64,000 bases of DNA from a phage. A model generated the notes under the pieces. The model worked only from the letters and a program-made list of their open reading frames with translations, was not told the origin of the DNA and made no database searches. Shown here in pieces: positions 46,104 to 55,112 of this stretch (its first letter is position 1; every line of letters starts with the position of its first letter). The translations under genes and the position numbers were made by a program. Location of the stretch: the sequence record PZ386978.1, one strand, 5' to 3'.

Positions 46104-46158
46104 TTTTAACAACTATGAGGGTCGTAAAAGACCCTCTAAAAATAACTTTGGAGAGACC

Positions 46159-46416
46159 ATGAAAGATTTAATAGAAAAACATGAGCGGCCTATATACTTG
46201 CTCTACAAGCCTAGGAAAACGATGTACTATGTGAGTAGCACAGACATAATGATAAAACAAAATGATGACTCATGGGTTGCTGGTATCTCTTACATCTCTA
46301 CAGCAGATGGTAAAATCTACGCAAGACCTTATGAGATGTTTAACAAAGAAAATTGGGAAGTTTTAGACAGAAAACAAGCCTTAAAAATGATAAAGAAAGG
46401 AGAAATCACGCTATGA
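46159..46416 (+). CDS. Hypothetical small protein between nrdA and nrdB
   Basis: 85 aa from the internal ATG with a GGAGA ribosome-binding site; the ORF-track start at 46075 overlaps the nrdA 3' end. Confidence 0.4.
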   Translation: MKDLIEKHERPIYLLYKPRKTMYYVSSTDIMIKQNDDSWVAGISYISTADGKIYARPYEMFNKENWEVLDRKQALKMIKKGEITL

Positions 46417-47486
46417 TTAACCAGCACCCAATCTTTTTAGGTGGTGAGAGAAAAACTTTTGACTCACTTAATAAGTACTACCCAAAAATCTTTGAACTTT
46501 ATAAACAACAAAAAGCACAAGACTGGTCAGAAGATGAGTTCCCTTTTGAACAATCACGTCTTGATTTTGAGAGTGTCCCAGCATCAATGTCAGGTGTAAT
46601 GCTTGAGATTCTTAAGTGGCAATGGGAAGCAGATACTCAAGTTGCTAAGAGCTTGGCATTTGCCTTTGCACCATTTATCTCTGATGACATTTATGCAACT
46701 GCAATTATGAAGCAGTCTGAGATTGAAAACCTACATGCTCTCACTTACTCAGAGATTGTAAGACAATGTATTAAAAACCCTGAAACAATCTTAGATGAGA
46801 TTAACCAGAATGTTGCTGTGCAAGACCGATTAAAAACTGTGAATCGTGTTCTTGAAGAATTACTGGATGAAGGTATAAACTATCGTCTTAGTTATGTGCG
46901 TGATTCACTTCTGGACAAAGACCCTTTACACTTCCATAAAGTGATTCTGAAAGGGCTGTTTGCAGTGACTGCACTTGAAGGTATATCTTTTATGGCATCA
47001 TTTGCATGTACTTTTGCACTTGATGCTCAAGATAAATTTCAGGGTATTGCTCAAGCGGTACAGAAAATCATGCTTGACGAAATCCTTCACACTAAAATTG
47101 ATATTGAAGTTTTAAAAGAAACTTTAAGAGATGATGAGTGGCAGAAAGCTTTTCAACAAATTCTTCCAGAGATTAAAGTAATCTTAGATGAAGTAGTTGA
47201 AAGTGAAGAGAAATGGTCGTATTATATCTTCTCCGAAGGACGTGCTGTAGTTGGCCTAAATACAAAGCTTCTTCATGAGTGGGTTTACTATAATGCTGCC
47301 CCACTGTATGATATGTTTGGCATTCCCAGAGATTTTGTAGCTCCTAAAGAACCACCTTTGAAGTACATGATTAAGAAGATGGAAATTGATAAAGAGCAGA
47401 ATGCTAATCAGGAGCAACAGAACGGTGCGTACCTATTGAATACTGTTGTAGATGATTTGAATAGTGGATTTTTAGAGGTTCCTTAA
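46413..47486 (+). CDS. nrdB: Ribonucleotide reductase class I small subunit
   Basis: Start chosen at ATG (MINQHPIFLGG...) with AAAGGAG ribosome-binding site; helical R2-like sequence. Confidence 0.85.
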   Translation: MINQHPIFLGGERKTFDSLNKYYPKIFELYKQQKAQDWSEDEFPFEQSRLDFESVPASMSGVMLEILKWQWEADTQVAKSLAFAFAPFISDDIYATAIMKQSEIENLHALTYSEIVRQCIKNPETILDEINQNVAVQDRLKTVNRVLEELLDEGINYRLSYVRDSLLDKDPLHFHKVILKGLFAVTALEGISFMASFACTFALDAQDKFQGIAQAVQKIMLDEILHTKIDIEVLKETLRDDEWQKAFQQILPEIKVILDEVVESEEKWSYYIFSEGRAVVGLNTKLLHEWVYYNAAPLYDMFGIPRDFVAPKEPPLKYMIKKMEIDKEQNANQEQQNGAYLLNTVVDDLNSGFLEVP

Positions 47487-47728
47487 TGACTTATGTAATT
47501 TACTCCAAAACTGGATGCCCTCAATGTGAGACTGCAAAGAATTTTGCAAAAGCTCGTGGTATTGAACATGTTGTGAGAATGTTAGGGCAGGACTATGAGC
47601 TATCAGACCTGATGGATATTGCACAGATGCCAGTTCGTCAGATGCCATTCATCATGAAAACTGATGGGCAAAACCTAAAACCTGTTGGAACGCTACAGAA
47701 TTTTATGGCAGAGGTGAATAATGCTTAA
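47486..47728 (+). CDS. Glutaredoxin/thioredoxin-like protein (NrdH/NrdC-like)
   Basis: 80 aa; CPQC redox motif (YSKTGCPQCETAK). Confidence 0.75.
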   Translation: MTYVIYSKTGCPQCETAKNFAKARGIEHVVRMLGQDYELSDLMDIAQMPVRQMPFIMKTDGQNLKPVGTLQNFMAEVNNA

Positions 47729-47927
47729 ACGCCTTTGGGAAGGTTTGGTTGTTGATGCACCAGCTATTGTGATTGGTATGCTTATTGTTAACCTATTTAC
47801 TGACTTTGAACAAGGTTCATTGTTTGGAGCCATGTTACTATGGGTTATCTTTGAAATATTAGAGATACAGTTAGGTATCACTGAAAAATTAAGAGAACTC
47901 TTTTCGAAGTTTTCTAAAAAGATTTAA
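47721..47927 (+). CDS. Small membrane protein
   Basis: 68 aa with two hydrophobic segments. Confidence 0.4.
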   Translation: MLKRLWEGLVVDAPAIVIGMLIVNLFTDFEQGSLFGAMLLWVIFEILEIQLGITEKLRELFSKFSKKI

Positions 47928-47934
47928 AATGAAA

Positions 47935-47956
47935 GGGTCTCTTCGGAGACCTTTTT
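47935..47956 (+). terminator. Intrinsic terminator with UUCG tetraloop
   Basis: GGTCTC-TTCG-GAGACC followed by TTTTT. Confidence 0.65.
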
Positions 47957-47975
47957 AGCATGTAAAGGGGCAATA

Positions 47976-49172
47976 ATGAACAAAGTACAGATTATTAAAA
48001 AGAACGGCTCACTCGAAGAACCTGATATCAAAAAAGTTTTAGCAGCAGTCACAAAGTCAGCTAATAGGGTTGGGTATAAAGAACTCCCACCAGATGTTAC
48101 CCAAGCTCTTGAGTCAGCATTTATGAGGATTCTGGTAAAATCCACTAAGCAGAATAATTTACTCATTTCAGTAAATGATATTCACAGTATTGTTGAGGGT
48201 GCTTTGGCAGAAGTCAATCACGAGATTTATGAGTCTTACTCAACATATAGAAATTACCGTAAAGAAGTTGCTCAGAATTGGGATGAGCTTTATCAGAAGA
48301 CCAAAGATACACTCTTCTTAGGTGACCGAGAAAATGCTAATTTTGACAGCAGTTTAATTTCTACAAAAGGTTCAATTATTCGTGGTTATCTGACTAAAGA
48401 AATCTTTAAACAGTACCATTTAACACCAGAGGAACTTGAAGCCATTGAAAAAGGGTTTATCTATATCCATGATTTAAGAGACCTAATTTTTGGTGGTATC
48501 AACTGTTGCCTGTTTGACATTGGTAAAGTCCTGAAAGGTGGCTTTGAAATGTCTGGCATTGAATATTGTGAACCAAAGTCTGTGCTGTCGGCCTTACAGG
48601 TTATTGGTGACGTAGTTCTTTCAGCAACTGCACAGCAATTTGGTGGCTTTACTTTAGCAGAGATTGATAAGGTACTCGTACCGTATGCTAAGAAGTCTCT
48701 ACGCTATCATGCTGAGAAAGCAGCATCTTATGGTATTCCTAAAGAACATTACCACAATTATGTCATGGAGCAGTTACAGATTGAGCTAACTCAAGGTTTC
48801 CAGTCACTTGAAATGAAACTCAATACTGTGCCTTGTAGCCGTGGGGATTTTGCATTCACAACTTTGACATTCGGGTTACTTGACTCAGATATGTCCAATG
48901 AAGATAACCGACTGCAATATATGATTGCAAGTACTCTCCTAGATGTTCGTATGAATGGACAAGGTAAGAGCAAGAAGCCTGTTGTATTTCCTAAACTGGT
49001 TTATATTTATGACCAGAAGAGACACGATGAGAATATCTGTCAAGGACACCTGTACAGTAAAGCTATTGAGTGTTGCTCTAAAGCAATGTATCCAGATTTC
49101 TTAAGTGTATCTGGTCATGGTGCTGTAGCAGAGGCTTTTGAGCGTTCTGGCAAGGTTATTTCACCGATGGGT
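47976..49172 (+). CDS. nrdD: Anaerobic ribonucleotide reductase, exon 1
   Basis: 399 codons ending ...ISPMG; the in-frame stop at 49173 is the first intron triplet; last exon base is U. Confidence 0.85.
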
Positions 49173-49914
49173 TAACAAGCTCTATAGCTCATCTAAAACG
49201 TGCCTAAACAGGGAAACTCTACAGGTGTAGACAATCCTGTGCTAAATGATGTACGATGTAAGAAACTATATGACATAGGAGTATTACATGCCAAATTATC
49301 ATGTTACTGAAGACGGAAGAGTCTTTAGGAAAAATGGTGTAGAACTTAAGCAGTGGAAATCCAACACTGGGTATATGAAAGTGAGGTTTTACGGTAAGAA
49401 GAATCGTGACATGTATGTTCATAGGTTAGTTGCTGAGAAATATGTACCTAACCCGAACAATCTTCCAATTGTAAAACACAAAGATGATAACAAACTGAAT
49501 AACCATGCTTCTAACTTAGAATGGGGAACTCATTCTGAGAATGTTAAAGAAGGTTATGAAAATGGTTGCTACAAGTTTTGTAAGCGTTCATATGCTGTGA
49601 AGGCTACACACAAAGTAACAAAAGAAGTTATTGTTGCGAACTCGATACGAGAGTTGTCCAAGATGCTTGGGTATAATCGCAAGACTATCTCTTCAATACT
49701 GAAGGGTGTAAAAGAATATAATAACTTTGAACATGAATTTGAATACATCTAAATGCCGAACGACTAACCGTGATGAATGTAGCGGTGTAGGGTCAAGCGA
49801 CTCGAAATGGTACGCTACTTAGAAATAAGTAGAAGATATAGTCTGGACTTACTGGCGACAGTAAGCAGCTTGAATAAAGCGGGGTAAGCTTAGCGAACTT
49901 ACCTGAACAACAAG
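49173..49914 (+). mobile_element. Group I intron in nrdD carrying an HNH homing endonuclease gene
   Basis: Exon 1 ends in U and the intron ends in G (...AACAAG); intron 3' region contains AGATATAGTCTGGAC; joining the exons gives ...SPMG|CRAFLSPY.... Confidence 0.7.
49288..49752 (+). CDS. Intron-encoded HNH homing endonuclease
   Basis: 154 aa; HNH segment HRLVAEKYVPNPNNLPIVKHKDDNKLNNHASNLEWGTHSEN. Confidence 0.8.
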   Translation: MPNYHVTEDGRVFRKNGVELKQWKSNTGYMKVRFYGKKNRDMYVHRLVAEKYVPNPNNLPIVKHKDDNKLNNHASNLEWGTHSENVKEGYENGCYKFCKRSYAVKATHKVTKEVIVANSIRELSKMLGYNRKTISSILKGVKEYNNFEHEFEYI

Positions 49915-50862
49915 TGTAGAGCATTTTTATCACCATACCATAACGAACATGGTGAAGAGTTTTATGTAGGTCGTGCTAATATTGGTGCTGTATCTTTGAA
50001 CTTACCAATGATTTACCAGTATTCTAAAGAGAATGGCTTAGATTTCTGGAAAGAGCTTGATAAGTACCTAGAAATGATTCGTAGTTTCCACAAGAAACGC
50101 TATGAAATGATTGCCAATATGCCAGCAAGTTCTAATCCTCTTGCATTTACACAAGGTGGTCTGTACAAAGGAACTAAGAAGCCTACTGACAGGGTTGGTT
50201 GGGATATTGTGAAGTCCTTCACAGCTTCTTTTGGGGTTACTGCGCTTGATGAGCTATCTGTTCTTGCTGAAGGTAAACGACTTCATGAAGTTGGAAGCTA
50301 TAGTTTTGCATATGATGTTCTGGCATACATCAACATGAAAACTGAAGAGTTTAAGAACGAAGATGGCTTCTTGTATGCGGTATATGGCACTCCAGCAGAA
50401 TCACTTTGTGGAACTCAGTTAAAACAGTTCAGAGATATGTTTGGCGTTATTAAAGGTGTCTCTGACAAGGAATACTTTACAAACAGTTTCCATATGAATG
50501 TTGCAGCAGACATCTCACCATTTGAGAAGCAGGACTTAGAAGAACCATTCTTCCATATCTGTAGAGGTGGCAGAATCCAGTATGTCAGGGTAGCTAACCC
50601 AGAAAACTTAACAGCACTTAAGAGTTGTATTACGAGAGGTATGTTGAAAGGTTTCTATCAGGGACTTAACTTTGACTTAGCAATCTGTGAACATTGTGGT
50701 AACAGACCAAAGGCTGATGTTGAAGAATGTGAGGTTTGTCATTCACATGACATCTCTGTGATTAACAGGGTGTGCGGGTACTTGTCATTCACAAAAATTA
50801 AAGGTCAGTCTCGAATGAATGATGCAAAAATCGCTGAGATTCGTGACAGGATTTCTATGTAA
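49915..50862 (+). CDS. nrdD: Anaerobic ribonucleotide reductase, exon 2 (glycyl-radical domain)
   Basis: Open frame from CRAFLSPY...; C-terminal glycyl-radical motif RVCGY; the ORF-track start at 49996 is a TTG inside the exon. Confidence 0.85.
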   Translation, partial: CRAFLSPYHNEHGEEFYVGRANIGAVSLNLPMIYQYSKENGLDFWKELDKYLEMIRSFHKKRYEMIANMPASSNPLAFTQGGLYKGTKKPTDRVGWDIVKSFTASFGVTALDELSVLAEGKRLHEVGSYSFAYDVLAYINMKTEEFKNEDGFLYAVYGTPAESLCGTQLKQFRDMFGVIKGVSDKEYFTNSFHMNVAADISPFEKQDLEEPFFHICRGGRIQYVRVANPENLTALKSCITRGMLKGFYQGLNFDLAICEHCGNRPKADVEECEVCHSHDISVINRVCGYLSFTKIKGQSRMNDAKIAEIRDRISM

Positions 50863-50872
50863 AACTTGACAA

Positions 50873-50909
50873 GGTGATGTGGGTCTTGATAGGCTTACAT
50901 CACCTTTTT
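50873..50909 (+). terminator. Terminator-like hairpin after nrdD
   Basis: Stem GGTGATGT / ACATCACC, 16-nt loop, then TTTTT; overlaps a TTGACAAGGTG motif. Confidence 0.45.
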
Positions 50910-50925
50910 ATTTGGAGTTACACTA

Positions 50926-51260
50926 TGGACTTGTGGCTTTATGTAGCAGTTTGTGGGATTGTATGTCTGATAATCTTATTTATTCTTGGAGTAATGCGAT
51001 TTAGAGACATCATACAGTCAGATTTTTTGCCTGAGTTTGCCATGATAGTTGGGGTTATTACCCTTTGTGTCTTGGCAGTGTTCTATTCATACAAAACTGT
51101 GATATGGATGGAGGAAAACAATTGTGTAAAAACTCATCAGCATCGTGAGGTTACTCATTTTGTGAGTGTACTTAGTGGTAGCACCACTATACTTGTCCCA
51201 CAAACTTCTGTAGAGTATCTTTACACATGTGATAATGGTAAAACTATATGGTGGAATTAA
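50926..51260 (+). CDS. Membrane protein (hypothetical)
   Basis: Start chosen at ATG with GGAG ribosome-binding site; two hydrophobic segments. Confidence 0.45.
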
Positions 51261-51463
51261 CAATGACAACACTCTTAAAAGTATTGATACCCATACTACA
51301 TATAGCAGTCTTCTTCTTTGGTGTTAGTGTTATGGTATGGGGATTTTCAGACCCACAATGGAGTTTCTCATATCATGGTCAGATGGACTTATGGTCATGC
51401 TTCAAACCATTTTTAGGGTTAGCTATAGCATTCAGTGCATTACCAACTAAGGTGAAATTATGA
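51248..51463 (+). CDS. Small membrane protein
   Basis: 71 aa with hydrophobic segments. Confidence 0.4.
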   Translation: MVELTMTTLLKVLIPILHIAVFFFGVSVMVWGFSDPQWSFSYHGQMDLWSCFKPFLGLAIAFSALPTKVKL

Positions 51464-51855
51464 TTAAGTTGAGCCAAAAACAGTTAGAGTGGATTAAAGA
51501 TTATGCCTCAGAGTGTGGCTCTTGCGAAAAGAATCACGTAAGATACTCAACATTCCATACGACCTTCACATTGTATATTGGCGACAATGTTCTAAGTGAT
51601 TCTGTAGAAGATGGTGTAGCATTGCCTAATGAATTACTTGATAAACTGGCTGTAGTCTCTGGAACTTGGTCTGAAGAAGATGGTCACGAACTATCTGACG
51701 ATGTTGTCTTCTACACCCTTGAAAACATCATGAATCCAGAGTACATTATGCTAATGACTTGCGCACAAGATTGTGTACCATTACAAAACTTTATTAAAGA
51801 GCACTGTGAAGAGTTTATTACTAAACAGGTTCCTTGTCAGGTGGTGTTTGAATGA
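51460..51855 (+). CDS. Hypothetical cysteine-rich protein
   Basis: 131 aa ORF. Confidence 0.45.
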   Translation: MIKLSQKQLEWIKDYASECGSCEKNHVRYSTFHTTFTLYIGDNVLSDSVEDGVALPNELLDKLAVVSGTWSEEDGHELSDDVVFYTLENIMNPEYIMLMTCAQDCVPLQNFIKEHCEEFITKQVPCQVVFE

Positions 51856-52151
51856 GTAAAACAATTCGAAGAAAAGGTTTAAAGAACGTTCATGGGCTTT
51901 ATGAGTGGAGAAATGAGGTACGTAACAGAGAAAACGCTTCAGATGTCTACTTCCATTCTGATATGATGTCCAGAAAAGGTGGCTCTTATGACTTTACAAG
52001 CCAACCTTGTAGAGAGATTAAGAAGGCTACTAAACGTCTTACAAGAACACAAATAAGGCAGCTTTCTAAGACATCTTTCTTAGATGAAGACTTTGACATT
52101 GATAGTAAGTCCCCAAAGAAAGCTGCTAAGAATACTTATATGTATTGGTGA
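51852..52151 (+). CDS. Hypothetical basic protein
   Basis: 99 aa ORF. Confidence 0.45.
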   Translation: MSKTIRRKGLKNVHGLYEWRNEVRNRENASDVYFHSDMMSRKGGSYDFTSQPCREIKKATKRLTRTQIRQLSKTSFLDEDFDIDSKSPKKAAKNTYMYW

Positions 52152-52160
52152 GGTAACTAG

Positions 52161-52646
52161 ATGAATTACATGGAGATTAGACCATTTGACACAGCTAATG
52201 GTGAAGGGGTTCGTGTAAGCCTCTTCGTAGCTGGTTGTAAGCATCACTGTGAAGGCTGCTTTAACAGGGAGTCTTGGAAGTTTAATGCTGGTAAAGTGTT
52301 CACTTATGCAAACCTATATGGAATCATCCAGTTAATGGGTGATGATGCTGTCAGTGGGTTGTCAATACTTGGTGGAGAACCTCTGGATGATAGAAACATT
52401 CAAGAGGTTACCAACATATGCAAACGTATTAAAACCGTTTACCCAGAAAAATCTATCTGGCTCTGGACAGGTTTTCAGTTACATGAAAAAATTCACCTTG
52501 ATGTGATGAAATATGTTGACGTGGTGATTGATGGCAAGTATGATTCATCTAAACCAACAGTTAAACCATATCGTGGTTCTGATAACCAAAACCTCTGGAG
52601 AAAAGAGTATGGGTGGCAAGGTGATTGTCAGTGGAGAGCAGAGTGA
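52161..52646 (+). CDS. nrdG: Anaerobic ribonucleotide reductase activating protein (radical SAM)
   Basis: 161 aa; CxxxCxxC motif CKHHCEGC. Confidence 0.85.
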   Translation: MNYMEIRPFDTANGEGVRVSLFVAGCKHHCEGCFNRESWKFNAGKVFTYANLYGIIQLMGDDAVSGLSILGGEPLDDRNIQEVTNICKRIKTVYPEKSIWLWTGFQLHEKIHLDVMKYVDVVIDGKYDSSKPTVKPYRGSDNQNLWRKEYGWQGDCQWRAE

Positions 52647-52745
52647 TTATTCTGGCAAATGGACTAAGGTATAACTCCAATTGGTATCACTGAAGAAGAA
52701 CTTCATAAGTTCTGTATTAAACTTTAATGAGAGAGAGACTAAAAA

Positions 52746-53012
52746 ATGGGAATTTTAGGTAATATGAAAGCTGGATTCTTGAAGGCATTGGCAAAAGCAG
52801 CAGCAATTGTTTCTATGACTGGAAAGCAGGTCGGTGTAGATGCTTCAGCGGTTGCACAGGTTCTTACAAGCCAAATTGAAAAGCAGCCTTACATCTATGT
52901 AGGCCGTGGCAAAGGTGGTAAGAAACAAGCCCACCGTCCGTCTGGTGCAGCAGCTATTAAACGAGCAGCTAAGAAAGCTCGTAACCGTAAACGTAATAAG
53001 AAGGCTAAATAA
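52746..53012 (+). CDS. Small protein with strongly basic C-terminus
   Basis: 88 aa; ...KRAAKKARNRKRNKKAK. Confidence 0.45.
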   Translation: MGILGNMKAGFLKALAKAAAIVSMTGKQVGVDASAVAQVLTSQIEKQPYIYVGRGKGGKKQAHRPSGAAAIKRAAKKARNRKRNKKAK

Positions 53013-53014
53013 TC

Positions 53015-53335
53015 ATGAGCAAAGTTTATAACACTCGCAAATTACAGATTTTCGTACTGTGCCAGTTTATGGCTAAAGAATATAACTTCTACTATTGTGG
53101 TACAGGTTTTATTAGCGATGATGATGGCTCATACCTCCCATTCAAAGAAGCTGTAAAACTCTTTAATGAAGAGAAAAGCTCTAAGAAAGATATTGAAAAG
53201 GTTAAACTAACCTACAGCAAGAAAGATAAGAAGATTATCTGCCTAGATAACTTTGTAAAAGTTACTGGAGAAGCAAAAGAGTTTATGGATGAGAGTGAAA
53301 TTTCATTCACAAGTATCTTGAAAGTAGCTCAGTAA
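53015..53335 (+). CDS. Hypothetical protein
   Basis: 106 aa ORF followed by a terminator. Confidence 0.45.
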   Translation: MSKVYNTRKLQIFVLCQFMAKEYNFYYCGTGFISDDDGSYLPFKEAVKLFNEEKSSKKDIEKVKLTYSKKDKKIICLDNFVKVTGEAKEFMDESEISFTSILKVAQ

Positions 53336-53348
53336 ACAGATACTATAA

Positions 53349-53373
53349 GGGAACTGTAAAGGTTCCCTTTTTT
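53349..53373 (+). terminator. Intrinsic terminator
   Basis: Stem GGGAAC / GTTCCC, loop TGTAAAG, then TTTTTT. Confidence 0.6.
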
Positions 53374-53387
53374 ATTTTGGAGATAAA

Positions 53388-53903
53388 ATGTATCTGTCAA
53401 ACCTGAAACGTTCGGCTGCAATGTCAGTTCTAAGACTCAGCTTTGAGGAACGTCAAGAGTTCATTGACTCCCACCAATATGACCCTTCTAACTCGAATCA
53501 CATGGTTCTTTGGAATCGTGATAGTACTCGTGAAAGAGCACTATTCCGCTACTACCCACATTACACCGTAGACAACCTGTATGAATGTTTTGTTGTGAAG
53601 AACACCATTACAGTACTCAATAAACTTTGCAGATACACAGGTAGTCAATCCTTCACATTAGGACATCACAAACCTGTTACAAAGGGTGGTGAGCATCACT
53701 GTGCAAACTGGTTTATCCAGACTAGACTTGATAACCAGAGGCAAGGTGATAGTCTTTTAAGTACCCCTAAGATGTCCTATGAAGAGCAAGAGAAATATAT
53801 CAAAAATAATATGCCAGATGTGCTTGACAACAACTATACAGATTTGGCAATATCTCTCCTGTTGAAGTTCGAGACAGTTTATAGGGCAACTTATAATGGC
53901 TAA
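53388..53903 (+). CDS. HNH endonuclease (free-standing)
   Basis: 171 aa; HNH-like GHHKPVTKGGEHHCANWFIQTRLDNQRQGD. Confidence 0.6.
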   Translation: MYLSNLKRSAAMSVLRLSFEERQEFIDSHQYDPSNSNHMVLWNRDSTRERALFRYYPHYTVDNLYECFVVKNTITVLNKLCRYTGSQSFTLGHHKPVTKGGEHHCANWFIQTRLDNQRQGDSLLSTPKMSYEEQEKYIKNNMPDVLDNNYTDLAISLLLKFETVYRATYNG

Positions 53904-54174
53904 AGAGAAGTGGGAGATTTTACCATTAGTCAGTGAAGGCGGTAATGGTTGTGAAATGTACATGATACGTGGTCATGTTCCAGAACCAATTGCACTTGAG
54001 ATGGTAAACAACTTTACAGATGGCTCTTACAAAGACTTAGGGGAGCCAACTATAAAGCAGCAATGGGTAAAGCCTGTACCAGACAGCACAGGTAACTGTA
54101 GTGTACTTTATCACGTTGTAGACCCTGCAAGATGCAAATCTGCAATGGCAGTAACAAACGTAACTTTTGATTGA
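53896..54174 (+). CDS. Hypothetical protein
   Basis: 92 aa ORF immediately upstream of the Prs-like gene. Confidence 0.4.
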   Translation: MAKEKWEILPLVSEGGNGCEMYMIRGHVPEPIALEMVNNFTDGSYKDLGEPTIKQQWVKPVPDSTGNCSVLYHVVDPARCKSAMAVTNVTFD

Positions 54175-55067
54175 GAGAGAAAACTATGAAAACATCTATC
54201 CGTGTTACAGTTCATTCACCAACTAAAGGGACTCATGAAGAAGAGTTTAACATCATCCAATTCCCTTCTGGTGAGATTGGTGGACACTTTTCACCAGAGT
54301 TTGTTGATTTCACTGCTTATGCAGCATCATCCATCAACAATGTGGTTATGATTGTAAAAGGTTATGATAAGGACACATTGTTTGCTGTGGCACTTGCTAA
54401 AGAGGCGGTGGATGACTTAGTACCTCATAAGTTTGCTATGAAGACTGTTATCTTTTACTATTTGCCAAATGCACGTTACGACCGTCACATGTTTAAAGGT
54501 GATGCAGCAGCTTTGAAAGTGTTTGCACAACAGGTTAATGCAATGGGTTTTGATGCAGTCTGTGCAGTTGACCCTCACAGTTACGTTCCAGACAACCTGT
54601 TTAACTGCTTCCAGAGTATTCCTCAAAAGGAGATTGCAGTTCACTATGCAAATGACCCTCTGATTGATTACTTAGTAGCCCCAGATGCAGGTGCTTCTAA
54701 GAAGATTGCAGAGACTGCTAAAGAGGTGGATAAACCATATATCACAATGTCTAAAGTGCGTAACCTTAAGACTGGTGAAATTACTGGTATGCGAATCCTT
54801 GATGATGTTGATTTGACAGATAAAACCGTCATGATTCTGGATGATATCTGTGATGGTGGTCGAACCTTCGTAGAAGCAGCAAAACATCTTCGTGAAGCAG
54901 GTGCAAAACGTGTGGAACTTTATGTAACACATGGTATCTTCTCTAAAGATGTTGAAAACCTTCTTGACAACGGTATCGACCATATTTACACTACGAACTC
55001 TTTAGGCGAAGCTAAAGACCGTGGTTTAACACATTATAGTCAAGTTACTGTAGCAAACCTTGATTGA
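54171..55067 (+). CDS. Ribose-phosphate pyrophosphokinase-like protein (candidate ADP-ribose pyrophosphokinase of a NARP1-type pathway)
   Basis: 298 aa; phosphoribosyltransferase-type binding loop VMILDDICDGGRTF; immediately upstream of a NadV-like gene. Confidence 0.75.
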   Translation: MREKTMKTSIRVTVHSPTKGTHEEEFNIIQFPSGEIGGHFSPEFVDFTAYAASSINNVVMIVKGYDKDTLFAVALAKEAVDDLVPHKFAMKTVIFYYLPNARYDRHMFKGDAAALKVFAQQVNAMGFDAVCAVDPHSYVPDNLFNCFQSIPQKEIAVHYANDPLIDYLVAPDAGASKKIAETAKEVDKPYITMSKVRNLKTGEITGMRILDDVDLTDKTVMILDDICDGGRTFVEAAKHLREAGAKRVELYVTHGIFSKDVENLLDNGIDHIYTTNSLGEAKDRGLTHYSQVTVANLD

Positions 55068-55076
55068 AAGTTTATA

Positions 55077-55096
55077 GGGGCTTAAAAGCCCCATTT
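55077..55096 (+). terminator. Weak terminator-like hairpin
   Basis: GGGGCT-TAAA-AGCCCC followed by ATTTT. Confidence 0.35.
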
Positions 55097-55112
55097 TGAG
55101 AGAGATTAAAAG

